A stretch of 42,743 nt of DNA from Octopus bimaculoides (GCF_001194135.2 NC_068985.1:100104967-100147709), one strand, 5' to 3'; positions 1 to 12,818 are shown, numbered from the stretch's first letter. Translations and numbers: made by a program. The notes: a model not told the origin generated them from the letters alone.

Positions 1-15
1 TATATATATATATAT

Positions 16-160
16 GCGACGGGGGGGCGCTTCTTTCAGTTTCTGTCTCCCAAATCCACTCACAAGGCTTTGGTCGCCCGAGGCTATAGAAGTAGACACT
101 TGCCTAAGGTGCCATGTGGTTAGCAAGCAAGCATCTTACACAGAACTAAGCCCACGCCTA
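16..160 (-). mobile_element. tRNA-derived SINE family B, 5' head with internal deletion of the B-box segment
   Basis: Similar to 36382-36500 and 41849-41883 (tttc(t/c)gtct.cc...ccactca.aaggc). Adjoins a (TA)n tract at 1-15, as other family B heads do. Lacks the gggaatgaaactgaag segment present at 36468-36483. Confidence 0.75.
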
Positions 161-181
161 TATTTGATAATCCTCTCTAAC

Positions 182-353
182 ACAAATATTTTGGGGCGGA
201 TATAATTGATAGAATTTACCACAGTAAATGACTGGTGCTTTCTTGTATCGGCCTTGATTGGGCGAAAATTTAATTTGAATTTAACGAAATTTGAAATCCG
301 AACGAATACTTAAGTTTTGCGAATCCTTTTGTCCAACTCTCTAACGTTTCTGC
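182..353 (-). mobile_element. Highly diverged SINE family A copy
   Basis: Patchy similarity to clearer copies: actggtgcttt..tatcggcc, aatttgaaatccgaacg, ctaacgtttctgc (compare 25340-25470). Confidence 0.4.
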
Positions 354-2362
354 TAAAAACGATATCTGCGTAATATTTAATAATAACCATTTAATTTAAG
401 ACTTTGTGTTTATAATCGGCATGATTCAATATGTTAAGAAGGTGTATTTTTCTATTCATATATACTTTTAATACAAATGAAACTGGCGCACATCTATCCG
501 AGTACATAATCTAGAAATAAAATTTGAAGTCGGCCCAATTATTCTGATCTTTGAATCACAGCCAAATACTTGAATTTGTGTGTAGGGACATTTAATTATC
601 AAATCAGTTTAATCTAGTTAACGAAATCACTAACCTAAGTTTGTTGTTGAATCGTTTGGTAGGCGTCTTCCCAATGATTGCGTTGAGAAACTTATTCAGA
701 CACACACGTACGTTTATAAATACGCCTACATAGCCCACTCAAGAACAATTTATATTCTCGTCCGTGTCTGGTTCTGAATACAAATCTTTTCGCTATTCGT
801 TTATTACATCATTTCATTAGAAAGAGTTAAGAATAAGTAGATGTTTAGCTAAAGCAATGAAGTATACATTAAATCTCCTATCTTTGACGATTTCCATAAA
901 ACGAAATTCAGCTGACGACTAACTATCTAAAGTAGACGTTGTTTTATCTCATAGAGATCCGTTAACAATTTCCAGAATTTTAACTTCGTTAACTAATTGT
1001 TTTTTTAGGTTTTCTTTTTTTCTCATAAGACAATTTCTGAAATCTACAGGACAAATACAATACAGTTCAAAATTACTTTCATATAAACAGATTTAATAAA
1101 AACAGAAAATATCAATCTGAATTGTCACATTTTGAATGTTTTTTGCCGACAAATAAATTCAAGTTTCATTTCAACCCGTAGAAACCTTTATATATTTTTT
1201 AATCCAAAATTTGAAAATTTGCTAATATGTCAAATCAAGTAAATGACTTTTTTTTTTGTTTTTGTTTTTTTACTACAGTTCGTGACGCGTATATAAAATA
1301 GGGCGAGTAATAAAGCCGCATTTTCACAAAAAATTGTGAACATGATTCTGGAAAATCTAATCAAAATTTATGTATTAAGAGGTTGAAATAATCCGATGGC
1401 CATATTTATTATTAAATGGCCAACACTAGGTGTGCCCCACAAATAATATGTAAGGTTATTACATTTAGTCAAACGTGTACAAATAACAGGAAAAACTTAT
1501 TCTAGTTATTTCTTTTTCATATAAAAGCAACTGATCAAGTGGACTCACTTATTTCAAACTGGTTTTCTTTTATACAAGTATTGAAGTATTATATTCGATC
1601 TCATTGAGTTTGTATATTTTTGCCAATAAAGGCCCAATTTGGTTCAAACAAATGTGTGCTGTATATCAGCAGAATTATAAGTGTACAGTAATGGAGCCCT
1701 GAGGCCAAACATCAACGCATGACTTAGCTGCCTTTTTGGGCTTTTGCTAAAAAGATCCCTGAATACTGTGTTTGCGTTTGGATGATCCCAACGTAGTGTA
1801 GAGGATGTGAACTGTACGTAAGTCCCAAGTTAGCAATATCTCACCATTTACTTGTGATGGCTGGATTAACTAGAGGCCGTGATTTTTCTAATACGGATAT
1901 TTTCAAACGTTTAATAAAAGAAATTTGGTAGTCAAAACCCTCAAAGAAATAACACAGGCAATACAAAAATAACGAGGAAAGTCGTTCTCATATGTAAATA
2001 AAAACATTCTCTGCTGGCAAGAGAAACTCATCTCCGGTGAATTGAATCACATCTTTCTCTAACGTCAAAAAAATGTAGTTCAAAGACCTTTTTTCTAGTT
2101 TGGAATTTTAAGGAAAGCGATTTGTTCTTACCTGTCTTGAATGTTATTATATTTCTTTGATTATTCTATGCCATTATTTGAATATTTCTTCCTAAATCTT
2201 TCGACTTATTCTGACATCGATTGTATAACAACGTTTATATATAAGATTTTTTTCTTGCCCCACATTTTTCCATGCTACTTAATTTTAATGTTTCATGCAT
2301 TAAACACTTGAATAGCTTATATATAATAGCCCCTATTCACGAAACATACAAATAATTCTGCA

Positions 2363-2470
2363 ATTCTTCTTCTTCTTATTATTATTATTGTTGTTGTTGT
2401 TGCTGTTGTTGTTGTCGTCGTCATCGTCATCATCATCATCGCTGTTGCTACTGATGTTATTGTTTATGAT
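2363..2470. repeat. Degenerate compound trinucleotide microsatellite (CTT/ATT/GTT/ATC)
   Basis: Seen directly; produces the spurious poly-N/poly-D ORF 2333-2515. Confidence 0.9.
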
Positions 2471-2996
2471 ATTATTGTTTCTATGCTTTTCTTGTTGTTT
2501 TCTCTCAACTGTCACTTTTCACATAGCGCCATTTTGAAAATCCTTCCAAGATAAATTTAGGGAAAAATGCTTTTGCTCCACTTTTTTTGCAACGAAAGGC
2601 TTTCGACCCCATTACGCGTTTTCAAAGAAATATGTGTCTTCTAACTGATTGCTTATTACTGCCGAATGACCATTTGCGAAATTCAAAGACTTTGCGAGAC
2701 TTTGTCAGAAACAGCTGAAGGAAGATCTCACCATAGCGGTAGATGCAACAATCACAATATTCTCCAAAATAATTTTCAAAATGGGAAACAGAATATCAAA
2801 AGAAGAGACGCAAGATGACAACAAGTAGTGATTGAAGCTGAAATCTTTACGCATTTACAATGAAAACCAGGAAGAAGAATTTGCGCTGCAAGAATTTATT
2901 CCAGTAAAAAGACAGCATAAAAGAAAGCAATGTAAATTCCAAGTGGACGGCACTACTTTCCTAATCGCTGTTAGTTAACAATAAACAATGATTCAC

Positions 2997-3160
2997 GGTG
3001 ATGATGATGATGATGATGATGATGACCACGACGACGACGACGACGATGATGATGATGATGATGATGATGATAATGATGATGATGATGATGATGGTGAAGA
3101 TGATGATGATGTCGATGCTGATTTTGATGATAATGACTATTATGAACATGATGATGATGT
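2997..3160. repeat. (GAT/GAC)n microsatellite
   Basis: Seen directly; explains the poly-M/D/H/I ORFs in four frames. Confidence 0.95.
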
Positions 3161-3851
3161 GGTACTACTACGACGGTGATGGTCGTAGTAGTAAAGCTTG
3201 TTATTTTATGCATAACAATGAGAGTTGCCGCAACGAGAACAATATGGCTACAACAACTGCAGCAACAAATTCTACAGCCAAGGCTGTTACTGATACTATT
3301 ACAACTAATAATACTACTATAAAAGCAAGTACAAAAGAATGCAACAGCGATGGCGACTAATACTGCAGGCTGTCTTTCAAAACAGTATGACTGGCACGAT
3401 CTGTAAACGTTCCATTTTATTAGCCCACAAAAAAATGTCTTTGCTCTTCGTAGTTAACTCATTCAAGAGGACAATGAACTTCTTACTACACAGCAAAGGA
3501 GGAGTAAATCTAGAATTACGAGCGCAGACGTATGCCGTATACATTTAGTCTTAAATCATTTAATGATTCTTAAAGTCCGTTCAATTTCCATATGGTCTTT
3601 ATTGTACTCACATTTATTCTATTACTCGTTTCAATCTTTGGACGTTAGGCGATGCTGGAGCTCTGTCTTTTGTGGTTTGTCCCAAACTCTTGTACATATT
3701 TAATTGCATTCATTTTACTGAATCGCTTACATGCGGGAACGTAATGAAACCAATACTGATGGTCAAAAAACATAGAAAACGAACTTGTTTTTTCGAACGA
3801 AAGGAACAAACAAAGAAACGGGACGGGTAACATAATGAACATTGCCTTCAT

Positions 3852-3917
3852 CAGTTGTCCCCTGTTTAATTTACTCTACGTTTCGAAACGCGGAGTACAT
3901 AAAACAGGGGACAACTG
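3852..3917. repeat. 66-bp imperfect palindrome with no spacer
   Basis: cagttgtcccctgtttaatttactctacgtttc|gaaacgcggagtacataaaacaggggacaactg: 33-bp arms with 4 mismatches, centred at 3884/3885. Confidence 0.9.
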
Positions 3918-3960
3918 TGTGTGCGAGTGTGCGTGCGTGTGTGTTTGCGTGTATGTGTGT

Positions 3961-4128
3961 ATCCTCAACATCGCTTGAAAACCGATGCTAGCAGTTCGGA
4001 AAGAGAGACCGATGGAATATGTACTAGGCTTACAAATAATAAGTCCTAGGGCCGATTTGCTCGATGAAAAGCGGTGCTCCAGCATGGCTGCGATCGAAAT
4101 GACGGAAACATGTAAAAGAATAAAAGAA
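3961..4128 (+). mobile_element. SINE family B 3' portion, internally deleted
   Basis: Reverse complement of 41613-41790 (caacatcgcttga.aaccgat...gttcgg.aa.gagaccgat...gtactaggcttacaaa.aataagtcct). About 25 bp are missing after gatgct. Preceded by a (GT)-type microsatellite and ends in taaaagaataaaagaa. Confidence 0.85.
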
Positions 4129-4543
4129 TATATATATAGCAATAAGATTTACACATTAATATATATACATATATATTTCACTGGCTCAATAAAATAATTG
4201 AGAAAACTCAACAACTCAAAGAAGAGGAATAGTAGACAACATATATAGCAAGGATTATTTGTTCCTTTAAAGGGGTATATTGACTGTGGAATTATTCCCA
4301 TATTCTCACTTCCGACAATTATTTCACCTCAATATACCTGTATCTTACTCTATGTGATTTTTGCCTTGGTATGTATGCACACAACAGAACGCACACGCAT
4401 ACACGCGTCTATGCAACTCGGTCAAATATACGTTTAGTTATACGTCAGTGGGCATAATTGTCTTCTCCAACACGTAGCATTATCATATTCATAACGAACT
4501 ATTAGTAAAATCATATATATATATATATATATATATATTATTA

Positions 4544-4873
4544 ATTTAAAATACAGAGATGCCTATAATAGGACATCTGACCCGCTAGAAAGAGCAGCAA
4601 AAGACTACATACCACAAAAATAGGGATAATATCGAAAGGGAATGAAAAAATAAAAACATTTACCAATCTATATTCTGTACCATGGTTTCAAGTCATTTTA
4701 GTATACTTTTATCTTACTAAAATGACTTGCAACCATGGTACAGAATATAGATTGGTAAATGTTTTTATTTTTCATTCCCTTTCGATATTATCCCTATTTT
4801 TGTGGTATGTAGTCTTTTGCTGCTCTTTCTAGTGGGTCAGAAATCCTATTATAGGCATCTCTGTATTTTAAAT
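4544..4873. repeat. Long foldback inverted repeat: ~160-bp arms, 11-nt spacer
   Basis: Left arm 4544-4703 and right arm 4715-4873 are reverse complements with 4 substitutions and one 1-nt indel by manual alignment. The spacer is tacttttatct. Confidence 0.97.
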
Positions 4874-7520
4874 GAACAATATATAGTCTATTGACTGATT
4901 TTTATTCTCGCTAGACCACTGGTGGTAAATAAAATTTCTAAAATTTGTTTGCTACCCTATAATTTATTAATACATATATATATATACTAATGTCTAAATG
5001 TTGTCCCTATGTATATGTATATCTGCCTGTATATAAGTATAGGTATGTATATAAAGAATAAATGTGTATGTATGTACAAGTAGTTTTGTATATATGAATG
5101 AAGTTGAATTATTTGTAAATCAGAGTAAACGTGATGCGTTTATGGTTTTGCGTAGCTACTAGGCCGAGAAAATTGCCGGATGTGGATTTTCCCGAAAAAA
5201 AAAAATGAATCATGTTTTATCTCTAGATTTAATCTTAAAAGCTAGAGAGATTTTGTTCCATTTCAGTGTCTCGTGATTGTTAATAATCTTGTTCTCATCA
5301 TGGTTGACAGAATAGATAAGGATGAAAATACACTGCGGCAGTTTTATTTCGATTAAAACTTTCGTAACAACTTTTCCGAATAAACATTTTTTTATGCTAC
5401 CTGAATATAAAAGTATTGTTCACTAGCTATATCAAAAATCTTCCTATTAAAAAAAAAAAATCCAAGCATACACAATATTGTAATATATACTATAATCGAG
5501 ACCATGTAAAAATTTTTCCTTTATATCTTGTTCAACCTCTGGACATTTTCATTGCAATATATTTCAAATAATTCATTTGGTAAGTTTCACAATATATATG
5601 AAGAAAAAACGCTGAACATATATATACATANNNNNNNNNNNNNNNNNNNNNNNNNNNNNNNNNNNNNNNNNNNNNNNNNNNNNNNNNNNNNNNNNNNNNN
5701 NNNNNNNNNNNNNNNNNNNNNNNNNNNNNNNNNNNNNNNNNNNNNNNNNNNNNNNNNNNNNNNNNNNNNNNNNNNNNNNNNNNNNNNNNNNNNNNNNNNN
5801 NNNNNNNNNNNNNNNNNNNNNNNNNNNNNNNNNNNNNNNNNNNNNNNNNNNNNNNNNNNNNNNNNNNNNNNNNNNNNNNNNNNNNNNNNNNNNNNNNNNN
5901 NNNNNNNNNNNNNNNNNNNNNNNNNNNNNNNNNNNNNNNNNNNNNNNNNNNNNNNNNNNNNNNNNNNNNNNNNNNNATATATATGCAATATTTGTTTTAG
6001 GGCTGGAGCAATATACTCCATACTATAAAATAACCTTCACCATTGTCAAAAGAGTCTATGGTATTTTCCTATGACACAATGGCTTATCTCAGATGCTTAT
6101 AGCAGATTTCCTGGTTGGAAACTGGTGTTCATTCCCCTATAGTATTTCTCCCTACTAATTATTGTCAAGGCATTGTTATCCGATTAGTTACTATTTACAC
6201 ATATCCTCCATAGTACATATGTTAGTTATGTAGATGCCTTGGTTGATAACAATATACTTATTCCAGAATATGAATTTGATGGGAACACGTGTACTATTTT
6301 ATCTAAGTGTTATCGACACATAATATAAAAGCGCACAAATATTAAACTTTGTTCTATACATAAAGATAGTCATATCTTATTTTCTGAGACACTTCCAGTG
6401 CTTTTCAACAACAAGCATGTTCAAAGGAATTTATTGTAAGAGATTATGTCAACGGAATATCAATTTATTCGCAATAACGATTAAGAAATATCAAACTGTG
6501 AAGCTAAAGTGAATACCAGTTTTTCTTTTGCCGACATGAAATGCCGTCTTTAAAAAATCTGTTTTGTTGTTGAAGCTGTTCGGCTTGTTTAGTCTCAGTT
6601 CAGACGTAATCAAGGGGATTTCTGATTAAAGGCTTTAGCAATTGTAACCAGCCATGAATTTCGTATAACACTGACGACGTGGCACAGCGTGTTATTTTGT
6701 TGTTAACGGTAATAGAGAATGAGATAAGGGAGATTAACTAATAATTCTAACATGGCGAAGTATCTCATGCAGCCATCAGTATTACTTCCGGAGCCAAGAG
6801 CAGTTGCATGATACTTATTAATATCTAAATAGAGGATATGAGAGATGTTTTTATACTTGTTCCCCTAGCAATCATTAAGAATGAGATATTTGCAAATAAG
6901 CAATATCTGAAGTGAAAATATCAGTATTTCGAATCATCTTTATATTAACTAGACGAGCTCCTCTATTTATAAACATTATAGAAAAAAAACACTTCACGTG
7001 GGCAACAAGAAGCTAACTGAGGAGTTCTATGATGGGGTCTTTTATCTTCTTTATTTCTCTTCCTGTTATTTCAGTGGTCTATAAAATATACACCGGTTAT
7101 ATATCCGTTGTTTCAATATACATTATATGAGCAACACTCGTTCGCTTTTTCAAAAGAAATCCTTAAATAGACCGCATACTGTTTGAAAGGTGAGAAGTGT
7201 TCTCAGAGAATACTTCCTTTACTATTTGAATACAGCAAACAGTTTCCAATAAGAGAACAGTATATTTGTTTAATATATATGTTTGTTCTGTCAGAACGAA
7301 TTTCTTTTGCAAAGAAACATGATGCGATGAAATGGAACGAAACATTTTGCATCATCACACTTAACGAATACTATGCAGTACACAAGTTTAAATTGAAAAA
7401 AAAATCATATTCTTAAATATAGGATTAAACCGATAAACTGTACATTCAAAGGATGAGTGAGAAATATTAATTTCTTTCAAATGGATTCTTTATACATACA
7501 TACATACATACATACATCTG

Positions 7521-7838
7521 AAGGCGCGTCGCTTAGTGGTTATGGCATTCGGCTTACGATCGTAAGATCGCGAGTTCAATTCCCGGCGACGCGTTGTGTC
7601 CTTGAGCAAGACGCTTTATTTCACGTTGCTCCACTCCACTCAACTGGCAATGATAAGAAGTACCTTTATTTCAAAGGCCCAGCTCACAATCTGTGTCACG
7701 CTGAATCCCCCTGAGAACTACGTTAAGGCTTCACGTATCTGTGGAGTGCTCATCCACTTGCATGTTAATTTCACCAGCAAGCCGTTCTGTTGATCGGATC
7801 AGCTGGGATTCTCGTAGTCGTAACCGACGGAGTGCTCC
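7521..7838 (+). mobile_element. tRNA-derived SINE family C, near full length
   Basis: A-box-like cgcttagtggtt and B-box-like gagttcaattccc, then ttgtgtccttgagcaagacgcttta, which resembles conserved central domains of invertebrate SINE superfamilies. A/CA-rich tail to ~7875; embedded in (TACA)n. Confidence 0.85.
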
Positions 7839-9857
7839 TATTACAAAGAAACAACAAACATACATACATACAAACAATCAAATTCGGATTATGCAATATC
7901 AGCTGAATACGAAAAAATATCAATGCAACATATCTAAAGTTTTAAAGCATATAGCGTTAAAAAACACAGCATACGTCAGAGATAGGAGAAACGAAATCGC
8001 GACACATTAACGAATTTGAACTTGTTTCAGAAGTGACACGAAATACATGACATTCGCCATTGTATCGCTCATGACTACTTCCAGGGTCAATTTCGTTTCG
8101 CCTAACTCTCAAGTATATTGTCATATTTAACACCGCAAAAATTTTTTTTCCGCACGGAAAATCGTAACGCCTGGCGATTAAATGATGTACATACGTATTA
8201 TGGATGTTGTGTTAATATTTTTTTTGTTTTGTTTTTTGAAAAGTAAACAAAAAAAAAGTGAAGGTAAAAAGGAAAATTCGAAAAATTGCTTAAAAGATCA
8301 AATATTCGTTCGAATTTCAATATTCAGTGGGTTACACGATGATGGAAAGTAGCACAAGTTCAAACGTTTGATGAATATCATTAGAGTCATACATGATTGA
8401 GAGTTCAGTAACATTGAGCTATACTAACAATTTTATGCGCTGAACCTTTGAAAGAAGTAAAAAAAGAGAAATCCTTTTTTGACATATATAATTTGGTGAG
8501 GGTCCTGATTTGAGCAGTATAAAGTGTAATTAGTTTAGGGTAACCTCGATAACTGGTGTTTTGAGAGGGAACAAATGCTTCTGTGATATATATATATATA
8601 TATATTCGTAGACAATTTCAATGTAATGAATATGAAAGGTTACAGAGGATAAAGTGATTCTAAGAGAAGATAGATATATCCACAGACAAGGAGAGAGAGA
8701 GAAAGAAATGAGGGGGTGACAAAAAGACAGAAGAGGAGAGAGAGATTGAAGCAGAGAGCAAGTATAGATCGAGAATTTAGAGATGAAAAGTGGCACGGCG
8801 TTGCGATTATTATGCGAGAACAGGAATGGTTTGAAATTCGAATCACAGTATAAACCTTCGAAGAAAATACGACGCTCAGCGGATATCATAAATATTTTAA
8901 TTCGCATAACTTTTAGGTTATGGCATAATGTTAAGGTGAACCTTTTTTTATCAGCATCATCTAGAAGTTTCGAGAGCTATGCAACTCAGAAGCAGGTAGT
9001 GGAAAGATTAGAATTATTTATCTCACTTCTGGGAAAGTTTAAACAGTCCGTTGATCAATAAAACTATTACATAAAACATGCACACACCTCACTCACTCAC
9101 TCACATACACACACACANNNNNNNNNNNNNNNNNNNNNNNNNNNNNNNNNNNNNNNNNNNNNNNNNNNNNNNNNNNNNNNNNNNNNNNNNNNNNNNNNNN
9201 NNNNNNNNNNNNNNNNNNNNNNNNNNNNNNNNNNNNNNNNNNNNNNNNNNNNNNNNNNNNNNNNNNNNNNNNNNNNNNNNNNNNNNNNNNNNNNNNNNNN
9301 NNNNNNNNNNNNNNNNNNNNNNNNNNNNNNNNNNNNNNNNNNNNNNNNNNNNNNNNNNNNNNNNNNNNNNNNNNNNNNNNNNNNNNNNNNNNNNNNNNNN
9401 NNNNNNNNNNNNNNNNNNNNNNNNNNNNNNNNNNNNNNNNNNNNNNNNNNNNNNNNNNNNNNNNNNNNNNNNNNNNNNNNNNNNNNNNNNNNNNNNNNNN
9501 NNNNNNNNNNNNNNNNNNNNNNNNNNNNNNNNNNNNNNNNNNNNNNNNGTGTGTGTGTGTGTGTGTGTGTGTAATTATACACACACGCACGTATACACAT
9601 ATTGATTTCTTGTGTTCTCACAACATCAAAGTTAACGCTTTAAAGAGTTATATGTATTTAAAACATATTCCGACAACAATTTAAATATGGTTTATCTGAT
9701 ACAGGGTATTAAGTGCGTTGACTGTGAATTCTCGAATTAAAGAATCGGTGAATTAGATGTCTTCTCCGAAGTCACTTCTCTTTCCTCTTACTGAAATACA
9801 CAAAATTCTGAAGTGAAAAATATGTGCGGGTAATTTGGATGTAAGAAAATGTTGGTT

Positions 9858-10057
9858 ACAAATTTTGGCAAAAGACTGGCACTTTAAGGGGAGAGATTAG
9901 TTGATGTCATCGATTCCCTGTGTCAAAGTTTTACTTACTTTATCGGAGCCAAAAGGATGAAAGGCAAATTTCACCTCAGTGAAATTTAAACTCAGCTCGT
10001 AAAGACGGACAAATGCCGTTCAGAATTTTGCCCGGCGTCCTAACGATTCTGCCCTCG
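9858..10057 (-). mobile_element. SINE family A copy, tail type 2
   Basis: aaattttggca...tttatcgg.gcc.aaaggatgaaaggcaaa...aaatttaaactcag..cgtaaagacggac...cccggcgtcctaacgattctgcc matches 39796-40023 and 40131-40333. Confidence 0.85.
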
Positions 10058-10109
10058 ATATATATAAATGTCGGCCTCAACGGAATGAGAACTCACATAT
10101 ATATATATG

Positions 10110-10142
<33 letters not shown>

Positions 10143-10643
10143 GCGTGTATGTATGTGCCTATGTATGTATTATATATGCGTGTGTGTGTATATATGCGTA
10201 TATATATTTATATATATATATTCATGCATGCATGTATGTGCGTAGGTATTTATGCATAGTGTATGCATATATATATACATATATATATATATANNNNNNN
10301 NNNNNNNNNNNNNNNNNNNNNNNNNNNNNNNNNNNNNNNNNNNNNNNNNNNNNNNNNNNNNNNNNNNNNNNNNNNNNNNNNNNNNNNNNNNNNNNNNNNN
10401 NNNNNNNNNNNNNNNNNNNNNNNNNNNNNNNNNNNNNAGACATACATGCATATATGTTTACACATACACACATAAATATACATATACGCGGACACAGAAA
10501 CACACTCACTTAGACAAATATACGCTCATTCACATTTCTGTACATGTACAGACACAAAGAAACATAGACAGAAAGAGACATTAAGTATTGAAGAAATCTA
10601 TACAAAAAAAGCTAGGGAATGAGTTTTCGTACATAAACATGCT

Positions 10644-10771
10644 TAAGGCGGCGAGCTGGCAAAAACGTTAGCACGCCGGGTTGATAATTGAAGTCCCAGT
10701 TGCTTACTGGGGTCGATCTAATCGACTGGACCCCTCCACCAAAATTTCAGACCTTGTACCTAGAGTAGAAA
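10644..10771 (+). mobile_element. SINE family A copy with large internal deletion, tail type 3
   Basis: Head taaggcggcgagctggcaaaaacgttagcacgccggg is joined directly to ttgataattgaagtcccag...ggggtcgatctaatcgac. The B-box region is absent. Tail is aaaatttcagaccttgtacctagagtagaaa. Confidence 0.85.
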
Positions 10772-11459
10772 TGTACGTAGAAATGCACTTTTATTTACAA
10801 AGCAAATCCTGAGCAAAGCAGATTAATTCCTAAAACGATATCCGGATATAGTGTTGTTTCTTTCGTCGTTCGCTATTTGGAGTGATTTTATTTAGCAGAA
10901 GAAACTTTTAGGATGGGCATGAGAGCCACAACACACATCTTATCCCAAATCAAATTAGAAAAAAAAATAGGAAACAATTATGAGATGGGATAATTTTTTC
11001 TGTAGTAAAGCGATCAAATGCTTGATACGGAAATATATTTTCGATATCGATCTTGTTATTACTGCCAGAAATCCATCTCATCATATAACAATATTGATTT
11101 CAAATCTTATAATCGGTACGATCAGCAGCAACAGGATGAAAGGATCATTGTCGGCATCATCCTCGCCGTCGCCATCGTCATCGTCGTTGTCAGCATTGTT
11201 CTCAATGTTGTATTCGTTATTGGAAATAGGAATTGGCGGCGACTGGAATACTCCTCACTTTTTCCCACAATACCTGTAATTTTCGTCGTTACCATAGTCT
11301 TTCGTGATTTTTATCAATTGTGTAAACACCATTGCCGTCATAAGTGTTGTCGTCTTCCATTTCGCTTTCCACAGCGACATCTCTGCGTCCTCATTGTCGG
11401 CAACTGTCGATAATATCGTCACAACACACCAACGTCAGGGTAATCTCCCACGACCATCT

Positions 11460-11546
11460 TCATGATCATGGCTGTCAATATACCTACTTATCTCCCACTA
11501 CCAACTCTTGCTTACCATCATCATCGTCGTCACCGTTATCATCATC

Positions 11547-11581
<35 letters not shown>

Positions 11582-12180
11582 AACTCATCATCATCGTCAT
11601 CAGCACCAAATTCATCTTTATTGTCGTCATCATCGTCATCGTCGTCGTCATCGTTGTCGTCCTCTTCCTCCTTCTCCTTCTTCTCCCCTTTCCCCCTCCT
11701 TCCCTTCTCCTCCTCCACTCCTTCTCGTCCTCCACTCCTTCTCCTCCTCCTCCCCTTTCCTCCTCCTTCCCTTCTCCTCCTCCTCTCCTTCTTCTTCTCC
11801 TCCTCCACCTCCTCATCATCCTTCTCCACTTCCTCCTCGCCCTCTCCTTCTCTCCCCCCTCCTCCTCCTTCTTCTTCTTCTCCTCTTCATTGTCGTCTTC
11901 CTCCTCATCTTCCTCCTTTCCCTCCTCCACTTCCTCCTCTTTCTCCTCTTCCTTCTTCTTCTTCTTCTTCTTCTCCTCTTCATTGTCGTCTCCCTCCTCC
12001 TCTTCCTCCTTTCCCTCCTCCTCTTCATCCTGCTTCTTCTCCTCCTCCTCCTCCTCCTCCTCCTCCTCATCATCATCATTATCAGCAGCTGCAGCAGCAT
12101 AGTAGCAACCACAGTAGTTTAGCACAATACTACGATGATAACCTTCACCACTACAACTACAACAACCAAAACTTTTACCA
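11460..12180. repeat. Compound degenerate triplet repeat with a ~400-bp polypyrimidine (CCT/CTT) core
   Basis: (CAT)n grades into (CCT/CTT)n and then CAT/CAG/CAA. It is the source of the poly-S/P/E/H ORFs. Confidence 0.95.
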
Positions 12181-12661
12181 TCGTCGCCATCGACGGAATA
12201 AACGCCACCCTCATCGTTTCCAGTAATGTTTCTTGAGAGTCGATGATGAACACCCCTGGCGTATCGGCATGCTGCGGTCTTNNNNNNNNNNNNNNNNNNN
12301 NNNNNNNNNNNNNNNNNNNNNNNNNNNNNNNNNNNNNNNNNNNNNNNNNNNNNNNNNNNNNNNNNNNNNNNNNNNNNNNNNNNNNNNNNNNNNNNNNNNN
12401 NNNNNNNNNNNNNNNNNNNNNNNNNNNNNNNNNNNNNNNNNNNNNNNNNNNNNNNNNNNNNNNNNNNNNNNNNNNNNNNNNNNNNNNNNNNNNNNNNNNN
12501 NNNNNNNNNNNNNNNNNNNNNNNNNNNNNNNNNNNNNNNNNNNNNNNNNNNNNNNNNNNNNNNNNNNNNNNNNNNNNNNNNNNNNNNNNNNNNNNNNNNN
12601 NNNNNNNNNNNNNNNNNNNNNNNNNNNNNNNNNNNNNNNNNNNNNNNNNNNNNNNNNNNNN

Positions 12662-12736
<75 letters not shown>

Positions 12737-12759
12737 AATTATGATGATGATGATGATGA

Positions 12760-12818
<59 letters not shown>

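Noticed and set aside
1689-1823. Exon candidate ending in a strong donor (tgtac|gtaagt)
   Set aside because: All three frames from the candidate acceptors contain stops. A non-coding exon cannot be excluded but has no support.
2524-2537. YY1-like motif (gcgccattttg) suggesting a promoter
   Set aside because: An isolated motif; the downstream minus-strand ATG gives only MALCEK*, and there is no CpG-rich context.
7521-7590. Possible tRNA gene
   Set aside because: A- and B-like boxes are present, but it continues into a SINE body with no acceptor-stem closure or poly-T terminator; interpreted as a SINE head.
11018-11413. 131-aa ORF with a transmembrane-like segment (IIVGIILAVAIVIVVVSIVLNVVFVIGNRNWRR)
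   Set aside because: The hydrophobic run arises from degenerate ATC/GTC triplets contiguous with the microsatellite block; the opposite strand reads as DDDDGDGEDD. No convincing splice donor was found.
11462-12226. Long His/Ser/Pro-rich and Glu-rich ORFs on both strands
   Set aside because: Open in several frames at once because triplet repeats lack stops; low-complexity artefacts.
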